Below are positions 41,626 through 49,392 of a stretch of DNA of 49,592 bases, one piece after another (position 1 is the first letter of the stretch; every line of letters begins with the position of its first letter). Origin of the DNA: Prevotella sp. (GTDB lineage: Bacteria > Bacteroidota > Bacteroidia > Bacteroidales > Dysgonomonadaceae); contig JAITVV010000052.1 in NCBI GenBank assembly GCA_031285625.1, positions 1 through 49,592 of the forward strand. Direction: 5' to 3'. Made by a program: the position numbers and the translations under genes. The notes beneath the pieces are model-generated. The model was not told the origin of the DNA and made no database searches. It saw nothing but the letters and a program-made list of their open reading frames with translations.

Positions 41626-41718
41626 ATGTTCAGACTTTTATAATTTATTTTATAGCAAATGGTGCTCTTGCATAATTTAAGATTTCTTCTCCTTTCCCAG
41701 CCATGCTTCCGTTTTTAT

Positions 41719-42060
41719 TTACTCGTACCTGCCTCCCGGTGGTAGAAGGTCAGCGGTGAAAACACGACCTTTCAATTCTACAACCTTGGTCTGATTTGGA
41801 GCAAAAGCTAAATGTGGTGCATCATCCCATGATGAAATATACCAAGGAGAGTTAACATTGTCTATTACTAAATAAAAATGCGAGTAGACCCAGTTTGTAG
41901 TGGTATTATACACCTCTACTCTTACTGATATTTCCTGTTCATTATAAGCCCATGAAGGAGAATTCATTGAATTTGCCTGCAGAATTTGACCGATATGCTG
42001 AGATTTTGCATTAAAACTAAAGCAGATAAACAACATAGATAGGAATAAGATTTTCTTCAT
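41719..42060 (-). CDS. Hypothetical secreted protein, possibly 3'-frameshifted
   Basis: Signal peptide and beta-rich body; another frame continues GTSNKNGSMAGKGEEILNYARAPFAIK toward the terminator. Confidence 0.6.
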   Translation of the reverse strand: MKKILFLSMLFICFSFNAKSQHIGQILQANSMNSPSWAYNEQEISVRVEVYNTTTNWVYSHFYLVIDNVNSPWYISSWDDAPHLAFAPNQTKVVELKGRVFTADLLPPGGRYE

Positions 42061-42325
42061 AATTTTGTTTTTAGTTAATAATAGGGATTAATTGAATATG
42101 ACTAAGTTAGCTAGAACATATCTGTTGAACAATATATATTTTATAGATATGACTTATATCTTTAAAACAATCACTTACACCCTATTAACCAATACAGTAA
42201 GCGATATTTCGTCATTCAAAATATGACTTTTTATCTATTCCATTAAATGAGCGGTATCATATAAATGCATTCTCAGATCCTCTCTACTATGTGGTTACAG
42301 ATAAACTGTAATGGCTTAAAAAATT

Positions 42326-42723
42326 ATGAGGATTATTGATAAAGAAACTAAGCCACACTGTACTTTAATAGAAAAGAAATTCGAATGGGGAGAGCCTTAT
42401 ACAATAATGACACCTATTTTTTTGATACCAACTTCTGAGTATACTTCCTTATTGGAGTTTTCCATTGATATATATGGAGAAAATAACTTTAAACAGCAAC
42501 TAATATTTCTATATAACAAACTTAGAAATTATGAAGATGATTGTTTAGAGAATCTTGATAAGTCTATCAAGAATAGAGAGGGATTGATCAATCGAATAAA
42601 TACCTACAATTAAACTCAACCCTAATTACCCCATGGGAAAAATACAAAGAATACTATAATGAAATTAATCTGATAAAAGATATTGAAAGACTGATATATG
42701 CGTCAAGCCCTGATTATATTTAA
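42326..42723 (+). pseudogene. Frameshifted hypothetical gene
   Basis: ORF stops at 42613; an overlapping frame continues KYLQLNSTLITPWEKYKEYYNEINLIKDIERLIYASSPDYI to TAA at 42723, then a terminator. Confidence 0.6.
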
Positions 42724-42791
42724 TTATCGAACTCTCCAATAAGACATAAAACAAAAAAGCAACCACTTCTGTGATTGCTTTTTTGTAGTTG
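42721..42791. repeat. Direct repeat copy 1 (TATCGAAC + terminator + TAGTTG)
   Basis: Similar to 43181-43257; contains the AAAAAAGCAA...TTGCTTTTTT hairpin. Confidence 0.65.
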
Positions 42792-42856
42792 AATACCCTA
42801 TCGAATTATCGAACAATTTTATTGAGGATTGGAAAAGATGGTTAAAGTTTGTCATT

Positions 42857-43153
42857 CTATAAGTTAATTCTAAATCCCAATATGTTACCATCCTGATAAT
42901 CTAATTCCCATCCTTTCTCTAAAAATTTATTGATAATCTTTTGCTTGCCGTCACTCTTAACCACGTATGAAATGTGTGTGTTTTTATCCTTCAGCTTTGA
43001 TACGACATAACTGCCACCCACATATTCGACATTAGGATAAGACGAAGAACTTCCTAAATCTACAGAACAATATGCGAATTTTATTTCGCCTATAGCATTA
43101 ATATTTATACTTATAAGTATTATAATAAGAAATACAGATCTCATAATAATCAT
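42857..43153 (-). CDS. Hypothetical secreted/membrane protein (islet cargo)
   Basis: Hydrophobic N-terminus; IN.F.EKGWEL motif; TATCTTTG element at 43182-43175. Confidence 0.65.
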   Translation of the reverse strand: MIIMRSVFLIIILISININAIGEIKFAYCSVDLGSSSSYPNVEYVGGSYVVSKLKDKNTHISYVVKSDGKQKIINKFLEKGWELDYQDGNILGFRINL

Positions 43154-43180
43154 TTAATTCTTCGTTAATATATACAAAGA

Positions 43181-43257
43181 TAATTCTATCGAACTTCTCA
43201 ATCAAGTGATATAGAAACAAAAAAGCAACCGAATTTTCGATTGCTTCTTTTTAGTTG
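43181..43257. repeat. Direct repeat copy 2, including the terminator next to the tRNA fragment
   Basis: TATCGAAC...AAACAAAAAAGCAACC..GATTGCTTCTTTTTAGTTG. Confidence 0.65.
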
Positions 43258-43271
43258 CGGAGACCGGATTC
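43252..43271 (-). other. att site: duplicated 3' end of an initiator-type tRNA-Met
   Basis: Minus strand GAATCCGGTCTCCGCAACTA = end of T-loop, T-stem 3' strand, acceptor 3' strand CTCCGCA and discriminator A; no 5' half of a tRNA follows. Confidence 0.75.
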
Positions 43272-43338
43272 TATTCCCCTAAATTCATCTCCGTAAGTCC
43301 CTATAAATCAATACATATAAATTGTTAAATTGCAAGTT

Positions 43339-43358
43339 TTTGTCCCGATTCTGTCCCG
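43339..43358 (+). promoter_or_regulatory. Putative integrase arm-type sites
   Basis: TTTGTCCCG / TCTGTCCCG direct repeat, 11-bp period, about 70 bp inside att. Confidence 0.5.
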
Positions 43359-43536
43359 GTATAAAGCCTCAATTTCGTTTACCAAAATGCTTTTTGAGAA
43401 GATGTTATTCTTTTCTCTATAGTTAAAATACTGATAATCATCCTACGAAAATGACACTTCATTTTTTTCGTAACAATTTCTTCGTAATTATTTTCTGAAT
43501 TCGTTTGTAGACGCTAAATTTGCGCCCCGTAAGAGG

Positions 43537-44040
43537 CTATTGTTGACCTGACCGGTCTTTTTCTCTTAACAGATCTATTGTAAAGTTTTGGGCTTTTACT
43601 GTTTCTTTCAGTGAGTCGATAGTACTTTGTAAAAAGGCTATCTTTTCCTGAAGGCTGGCTGTCTGTTGGCTATTTTCGGCAAGTCCTATTCTTTGGACTA
43701 TCGTTGTTCCATCCGGTTTTGTTATTTTTTCATATCCTTCAGGTGGAGCTTGGATAGTGATTGAATTGTTAATTGAACCTCCGTTGATATTACATCCCGA
43801 AACAGCATTATCATCCCCTATCGTAACACCGGAATTAGTTTTGAAAACGTCCCCTTCTCCCAGAATTAACCAGTAAGCATTCACCTGCGGATATTTCCGT
43901 AAAATTTCACCAATCAAGTCCGAGCCGGCAGCCCCACTCATTGTACGGATATACGCCTCACTTTTCCCCAGTGATTTAGAGAGTTTTGAGGGAGATATAC
44001 CCAGAGCTTCAGCCAAGACAGTTAACCGTTCCTTATTCAT
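43537..44040 (-). CDS. Prophage repressor-like XRE HTH protein without S24 peptidase domain
   Basis: N-terminal HTH with VN.YWL..GEG motif; Gly/Asn linker; C-terminal coiled coil; divergent from the early operon. Confidence 0.8.
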   Translation of the reverse strand: MNKERLTVLAEALGISPSKLSKSLGKSEAYIRTMSGAAGSDLIGEILRKYPQVNAYWLILGEGDVFKTNSGVTIGDDNAVSGCNINGGSINNSITIQAPPEGYEKITKPDGTTIVQRIGLAENSQQTASLQEKIAFLQSTIDSLKETVKAQNFTIDLLREKDRSGQQ

Positions 44041-44077
44041 AACGAATGTTAATTATGGTAATATTTTACTGTTTTTA

Positions 44078-44110
44078 TTTGCTTATAAGAAATATATTTC
44101 GATATATTTG
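44078..44110 (+). promoter_or_regulatory. Rightward (early) promoter
   Basis: TTTG-N21-TATATTTG consensus pair with the palindrome GAAATATATTTC (44089-44100) in the spacer. Confidence 0.7.
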
Positions 44111-44174
44111 CAAAAACAGTGAAATTTACACGCATTTTACATGAATATTTCATACTTATTGCGCAATTATTTCA

Positions 44175-44182
44175 CAAATATA
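44175..44182 (-). promoter_or_regulatory. Leftward (repressor) promoter -7 element
   Basis: Reverse complement TATATTTG; no exact -33 TTTG at 19-21 bp. Confidence 0.5.
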
Positions 44183-44221
44183 AGAAAGTAAAAATTATGA
44201 ATCAATACCAAAACAACGGTA

Positions 44222-44452
44222 ATGGAAGAAAAAAAGACATACAGTGAAAAATTACAGGAGTTAAGAAAATTTCTTACTGAAAGAAGATTGATGACGGAAG
44301 TAGCGGCCGAAGCCGGTGTCACGACCCGGACAGTATACCTTGCGTTTGAAGCTAAAAGTCCGAGCGAGTTAAGGGGAAAAAGGATAAAAGTAATCGAATA
44401 CGCTCTGGCAAAAAGGAAAAGACTGGAGGAAATAGACTCTAATCTGGAATAA
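44222..44452 (+). CDS. Cro-like small HTH protein
   Basis: MTEVAAEAGVTTRTVY HTH; first gene of the divergent operon. Confidence 0.7.
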   Translation: MEEKKTYSEKLQELRKFLTERRLMTEVAAEAGVTTRTVYLAFEAKSPSELRGKRIKVIEYALAKRKRLEEIDSNLE

Positions 44453-44456
44453 TCGC

Positions 44457-44843
44457 ATGAGAAAGTTACTCTCTAACAGGGAACTGGAAATAGTTGAACG
44501 CTTGGTGTACATGGGGACAAAGAAAGAAGCTGCTCCCTCCCTTGGCATTACAGAGAGGACATTGGAAACTCATACAAAGAATATCTTCCGGAAATTAACG
44601 ATAACCAAACTCAATGAGCTGGTACTCTGGTATTGCGGCGAAACCTTTCATATAACAGAGCAGATAGAATCGAGGAAGAAAGAGGTGATGTCTATCACCA
44701 GAAAGAGTACGACGATACTTATAATCTTAATATTCACTATCATAACGGCCGTAGACCACAGTGAATTCTTGAGATACAGAAGATATAGAAGGCGGACTGA
44801 GTCCGAATATTTAATATGCTATGAATCGATAACCACGAAATAA
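44457..44843 (+). CDS. LuxR-type HTH protein with C-terminal hydrophobic helix
   Basis: LSNRELEI...KEAA..LGITERTLETH..NIFRKL; TILIILIFTIITAV then Arg-rich tail. Confidence 0.8.
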   Translation: MRKLLSNRELEIVERLVYMGTKKEAAPSLGITERTLETHTKNIFRKLTITKLNELVLWYCGETFHITEQIESRKKEVMSITRKSTTILIILIFTIITAVDHSEFLRYRRYRRRTESEYLICYESITTK

Positions 44844-44852
44844 GATACAAAC

Positions 44853-45164
44853 ATGAACAGGAAAGACATACAGATACAGCGAATGCAATGTGCAACCATT
44901 ATTAATTCGCCCGGAAACTTTATATCCTATGACCATAGAGCCGGGGAAGCCATCAGGCCGATACAGTGCATCACATCCTTCTGTCCACCCGAAGAATTAA
45001 TGAAAGACATATTGGCCACGAAGATCGCAGGCATAACGGCTATGGATGGGCAGGAAAAAGACGGATACGCATCTTTTATGCTTGTATTACAACCCTTGTT
45101 CGGCTATACAAACCAAAAATTTGAAGATATGCTGTGCGAATTCTTCGAGAAATATAACCTCTAA
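44853..45164 (+). CDS. Hypothetical phage protein
   Basis: Tightly packed ORF in the early operon. Confidence 0.7.
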   Translation: MNRKDIQIQRMQCATIINSPGNFISYDHRAGEAIRPIQCITSFCPPEELMKDILATKIAGITAMDGQEKDGYASFMLVLQPLFGYTNQKFEDMLCEFFEKYNL

Positions 45165-45197
45165 AACCATAAACTAATCATTTTAAACATAAAAAAT

Positions 45198-45521
45198 ATG
45201 AAAGAACCAATTACAGTACACCCGAACATGGTGTTGAATCCGGAAAGACAACTGGTAACTATCAACGGCAACGAAATAAGGCTTACCACAAAAGAAGCCG
45301 AACTGCTGGAACTATTGTCGGAGAACAAAGGCAACCTTGTGGACAGAAAGATCGCGCTGGAAAGGATATGGGATAAAGATACCTATTACGCCGCAAGGTC
45401 TATGGATGTCTATATCACCAAGCTGAGAAAGATACTAAGGCCTCTGAACGGTATCGTCGAAATCAAAAATGTACATGGAAAAGGATACAGGCTAATCGTA
45501 TCCGATACCGGCCGGAGCTGA
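45198..45521 (+). CDS. Stand-alone OmpR/PhoB-type winged-helix DNA-binding protein (RprY-like, no receiver domain)
   Basis: LTTKE.ELL.LL, IW.KD.Y..ARSMDVYITKLRK, I.NVHGKGYRL. Confidence 0.88.
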   Translation: MKEPITVHPNMVLNPERQLVTINGNEIRLTTKEAELLELLSENKGNLVDRKIALERIWDKDTYYAARSMDVYITKLRKILRPLNGIVEIKNVHGKGYRLIVSDTGRS

Positions 45522-45548
45522 CCGGCCAAGTTATAAAGCGACACAAAT

Positions 45549-45914
45549 ATGGAAAAGGAATTGGCTGCATATCGGCTTGACGACCGGAAGGAGATAAACC
45601 CTTATCTCCGGGAACCGGTAAGGGACGAGTTCTTTATTTTCCTGAACGGTGCATACAAAATGCTTATGAGCCTTCATCCGGGTGAACAGATAGTAATTGA
45701 GGACGACGTTTGCCCGGAGAACCGGGAACGGTTTATCAAAGTCAGTTGCATGTTCATCATGGAGAATAACCCTGACTATGAATTTACAAATGATTATACC
45801 GCGATCAAACGACTATTGGAGAATCCGGTAATAAGAATACCACAAATCTTAAGGCAGATAAAAACCAAAAGGAGGCAATTAAATGAATTGGAACGAACAT
45901 CGAGAGCTGGTTAA
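45549..45914 (+). CDS. Hypothetical phage protein
   Basis: Operonic ORF containing ENRERFIK..C.F and YEF.NDYT.IKR. Confidence 0.7.
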   Translation: MEKELAAYRLDDRKEINPYLREPVRDEFFIFLNGAYKMLMSLHPGEQIVIEDDVCPENRERFIKVSCMFIMENNPDYEFTNDYTAIKRLLENPVIRIPQILRQIKTKRRQLNELERTSRAG

Positions 45915-46278
45915 GCAACGGCTCAAAGAAAAAAAATCAATTTCGGAGATAGCTTCAGAAATAGATGCAAGTGAATATGACCTCAAGCAGTTCATCCATC
46001 GAAACCGTCTTTTCGGCGTCAATATGGATAGTCGAAATTTAGCCTTTAAAATAGTAAAGGTAAAATTCCGGAATCCGGAATACTTCAGGCCGACCAGAGA
46101 ATTTTTCAAAATAGTAGGCATCACGCAGAAACGATGGTGGAATCTATACCGGGGGGATGAAGAAATGTCGGAGCTGGAATTCCAGCGGGTCTCCCTTCAT
46201 CTGGGGCTTACGTTGGAGGATGTATTCGAAGCCCGGCAGTTAAACTGGATTCAGGATCTTGAGAACATAAAAAAATAA
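45883..46278 (+). CDS. Putative XRE/HTH DNA-binding protein upstream of the primase
   Basis: Two HTH-like segments (SISEIASEI; VGITQKRWWNLYRG). Confidence 0.65.
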   Translation: MNWNEHRELVKQRLKEKKSISEIASEIDASEYDLKQFIHRNRLFGVNMDSRNLAFKIVKVKFRNPEYFRPTREFFKIVGITQKRWWNLYRGDEEMSELEFQRVSLHLGLTLEDVFEARQLNWIQDLENIKK

Positions 46279-46286
46279 AATAGCGT

Positions 46287-49200
46287 ATGTATATTTCACC
46301 ATCTAACAAGGAAAGGATACTAAAGGCTTCGGAAGGTAAGTATTTGGAAGTTATCGGCGACTACATAGCCTTATCTCCGGCCGACAAAGCGGGAAAAACA
46401 CACATCGGCCAATGCCCGGCTTGTAACGCGGCCAATGGACTGTTGGTCACTCCCTCCAAAAACAGGTTCGGATGCTGCAAATGTAAAAACTTCGGGGGAA
46501 CCAAACCGATAGACTTCCTGATGAAAAAGGGAATGCCCTTCAACGATGCTTTGGAAGACCTTGCCCGGATACTGAATATAGTCATCTATGACGACACTCC
46601 TGTTCCGGCTCGGACAGACAAAAAGGAAAAGCCAAAAGCGAAGAATACTTTTCTGGATAAGTTCCTGTCCGGCTCCGGCCTTACTCCTCAGGACGTAGAA
46701 GCCAAAGTAGACTTCAGAGATGCCAACAGGACGATAACCACAGGAAAAGTATTTAAAAAAGGAACTTTAAACCAGTTTGACAATGAAGACCTGAATGGCG
46801 ACGATGTGTTAATAGAATATTACGATCTGGAAGGACTGCCGGTCAAATACGACGTGCTGGATGCCAAAAAAAGGCCGACAGGCAAGCAGAAAGCCTATGT
46901 AAGAGTAAGATACCAATACCCGGACGAACATCGTGACAGCAAAAGCCACCCAATAAAATACAAGACACCGAGGGGAGCCGGCACACATTTATATATACCT
47001 CAAAAAATACGGGAGATATACCAGAACAAGGAGAAGATTATCCGGCTATTCGTTCAGGAAGGGGAGAAAAAAGCGGAAAAATGTTGCAAGCATGGCATCC
47101 CCTCGGTAGGAATCTCCGGAATACAAAATCTTGGTACTAATGGGCAAATACCTCCCGACTTGGTGAAAATCATCCAGAGGTGCAAAGTAGAAGAACTCAT
47201 CCTCTTGTTCGACTCCGATTGGGATGAACTGTCGTCCAACCTCTCCATCAACGAGGATGTGCAGAAAAGGCCCCGCAATTTCTTCTATGCCGCCCTGAAC
47301 TTCCAAAGCTATGTAAGGACGCTCAAAAACAGGGATATTTGCCTGAGGATATTTATCGGGCATGTGAGGAAGAACGAAGCCTGCGACAAAGGTATCGACG
47401 ACCTGATGGTGAATACGCTACAGGGAAGGGAACAGGAACTGACAGAAGACATCAGCACGCTGGTCAATAAGAAAAAATATGATGGGAAATACCTGCAGCT
47501 TTATAATATCACCATCATGGGGGAATACAAGCTCCGGGAATTGTGGGCTCTCGATAACGCCGCCTCTTTTGCCGAACGGCACAAGGATGTGTTAAAAGAT
47601 ATGCCCGAATTTAAGATCGGGCAGCACCAATGGCGGTTTACCGAAGAAGGGAAGCTGGAGAACACACGCCCCATCGAACCGGATGAGAGGTACTGGTCGG
47701 AATATCCGGACACGAAAAAGAATAAAACCGCATACGAATTCGCATACGTTAATAGCATAAACTTCCTCCAGAACCGGGGATTCGGTCGTTACCGGAGACT
47801 GGACGGAACATGGCAGTTTATCCATCTCACACCGCCGACTGTCAAAGTGGTGGATTCATACGAAGCAAGGGACTTTATTACCGAGTTTACCAAGGCAATG
47901 CGCCTCAAGGAAGTACTGGAGCTTCTGTACCGTGGGGGATCGCAATATCTGGGGCCAGACAGGTTATCCAATCTGGCATACCTGACTCCCAAATTCGCCG
48001 AACCACAAAGAAACGAGCAAATATTCTACTTCAAAGATGTGTGCTGGAAGGTTACAAAGAAAGATATTAAAATAACGGATTACACGGAAGTAAACCACAC
48101 GATATGGGCAGACCAGCTTAAAACATTCGAGCCTCAGAGAGTGGATCAGCCGCTTATTTCGGTTAGCCGGAACGAAAACGGAAAATTCGAATACTCCCTG
48201 TCGAAATACGGACAGGTGTGCCACATGCTTCAGTTCCTTATCAACACATCGAATTTTACATGGAAGAAAGCACAACAGAATATGCCTATCGATCCGGACG
48301 AAATTCAGGAAAACAAGGATCACCTTATCTCCAAGCTATGCGCTATCGGCTATATGCTGATGTCGTGTAAGGACAGGAATGTGTCCCGGGCGGTAGTAGC
48401 AATGGACGGCAAGCAGTCCGAAGTCGGTAAAAGCAATGGTAGATCCGGAAAGTCGATCATCGGAGAGATGTTTAAACACATCCTGCCGACAATAGCCATC
48501 AATGGGAAAGCCAAAGATATAGAGGGAGATACATTTGTGTGGACGGAACTGACGGAAAAGACCAAGATTGTTTTTATCGATGACGTGCGAACCAACTTCT
48601 CGCTGGAGTTCCTGTTCGCATGTATCACCGGAGACTGGACGGTGAACTACAAAGGCGGCGGGCGTATAACGTTCCCCTTCTCCCAGTCTCCCAAATTATA
48701 TATCACGACCAACCATGCCCTGAACGGCGAAGGCGCCAGCTTCATGGATCGCCAGTGGCTGATAGCCTTCTCCGACTTCTACAACGACAAGCACAAGCCT
48801 CTGGACGATTTTGGCATGCTGTTTTTTGACGAATGGGAGTTCGACCAGTGGAACCTGCTCTGGAACCTGATGGCGGAATGCGTACAGCTCTACCTGAAAT
48901 TCGGAGTGGTGCAGTCTCCGGGAGAACGGCTCGAATCGCGGCGTATGCGTCAGTCGATGGGTGAAAACTTTATACTGTGGGCGGAAGAATACTTCTCGGA
49001 TGGTTCCGACCATCTGAACAAGCGGATACCAAGAAAAGAGATGTATGACGACTTTTTCGACAAGTCGGCCATCAAAGACCGGAAATATATCACCCCGACT
49101 TCATTCAAGGAGAAAATCAAGCTGTTCTGCGAATGGAAGAACTATATCTTCAATCCGAACAAATATGACCCTGTATCGCAGCTTCCGCTCAAATACGATC

Positions 49201-49340
49201 CGAAATCAGGGGATGCCATCACCGACGACAAATCCGGCGGCGTAGAATGGTTCACCGTCGGGGAACCGAGTATGTTCTGGAAAACAGGTATATCGCTGAC
49301 GGACAACAAGGACAACGAACAAAAAAAATATAAGATATAA
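46287..49340 (+). CDS. Primase-helicase fusion (zinc finger + TOPRIM + P-loop NTPase)
   Basis: CPAC...CCKC zinc finger; QEGEKKA, FDSD, KGIDD TOPRIM motifs; GRSGKS Walker A, VFIDD Walker B, ITTNH. Confidence 0.88.
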   Translation: MYISPSNKERILKASEGKYLEVIGDYIALSPADKAGKTHIGQCPACNAANGLLVTPSKNRFGCCKCKNFGGTKPIDFLMKKGMPFNDALEDLARILNIVIYDDTPVPARTDKKEKPKAKNTFLDKFLSGSGLTPQDVEAKVDFRDANRTITTGKVFKKGTLNQFDNEDLNGDDVLIEYYDLEGLPVKYDVLDAKKRPTGKQKAYVRVRYQYPDEHRDSKSHPIKYKTPRGAGTHLYIPQKIREIYQNKEKIIRLFVQEGEKKAEKCCKHGIPSVGISGIQNLGTNGQIPPDLVKIIQRCKVEELILLFDSDWDELSSNLSINEDVQKRPRNFFYAALNFQSYVRTLKNRDICLRIFIGHVRKNEACDKGIDDLMVNTLQGREQELTEDISTLVNKKKYDGKYLQLYNITIMGEYKLRELWALDNAASFAERHKDVLKDMPEFKIGQHQWRFTEEGKLENTRPIEPDERYWSEYPDTKKNKTAYEFAYVNSINFLQNRGFGRYRRLDGTWQFIHLTPPTVKVVDSYEARDFITEFTKAMRLKEVLELLYRGGSQYLGPDRLSNLAYLTPKFAEPQRNEQIFYFKDVCWKVTKKDIKITDYTEVNHTIWADQLKTFEPQRVDQPLISVSRNENGKFEYSLSKYGQVCHMLQFLINTSNFTWKKAQQNMPIDPDEIQENKDHLISKLCAIGYMLMSCKDRNVSRAVVAMDGKQSEVGKSNGRSGKSIIGEMFKHILPTIAINGKAKDIEGDTFVWTELTEKTKIVFIDDVRTNFSLEFLFACITGDWTVNYKGGGRITFPFSQSPKLYITTNHALNGEGASFMDRQWLIAFSDFYNDKHKPLDDFGMLFFDEWEFDQWNLLWNLMAECVQLYLKFGVVQSPGERLESRRMRQSMGENFILWAEEYFSDGSDHLNKRIPRKEMYDDFFDKSAIKDRKYITPTSFKEKIKLFCEWKNYIFNPNKYDPVSQLPLKYDPKSGDAITDDKSGGVEWFTVGEPSMFWKTGISLTDNKDNEQKKYKI

Positions 49341-49392
49341 AAACTTAAAGCAATAACAGCTTGATTTTTAAACATTAAAAAGGAAAAGGATT

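Noticed and set aside
43272-43536. Integrase or excisionase gene beside att
   Set aside because: No ORF of suitable size or motif in this gap
1966-49375. Many 60-190 aa ORFs antisense to or nested in real genes (e.g. 3266-3835, 14521-14925, 33330-33701, 35083-35562, 47046-47363)
   Set aside because: Shadow frames of well-supported genes, with no motifs or independent expression signals
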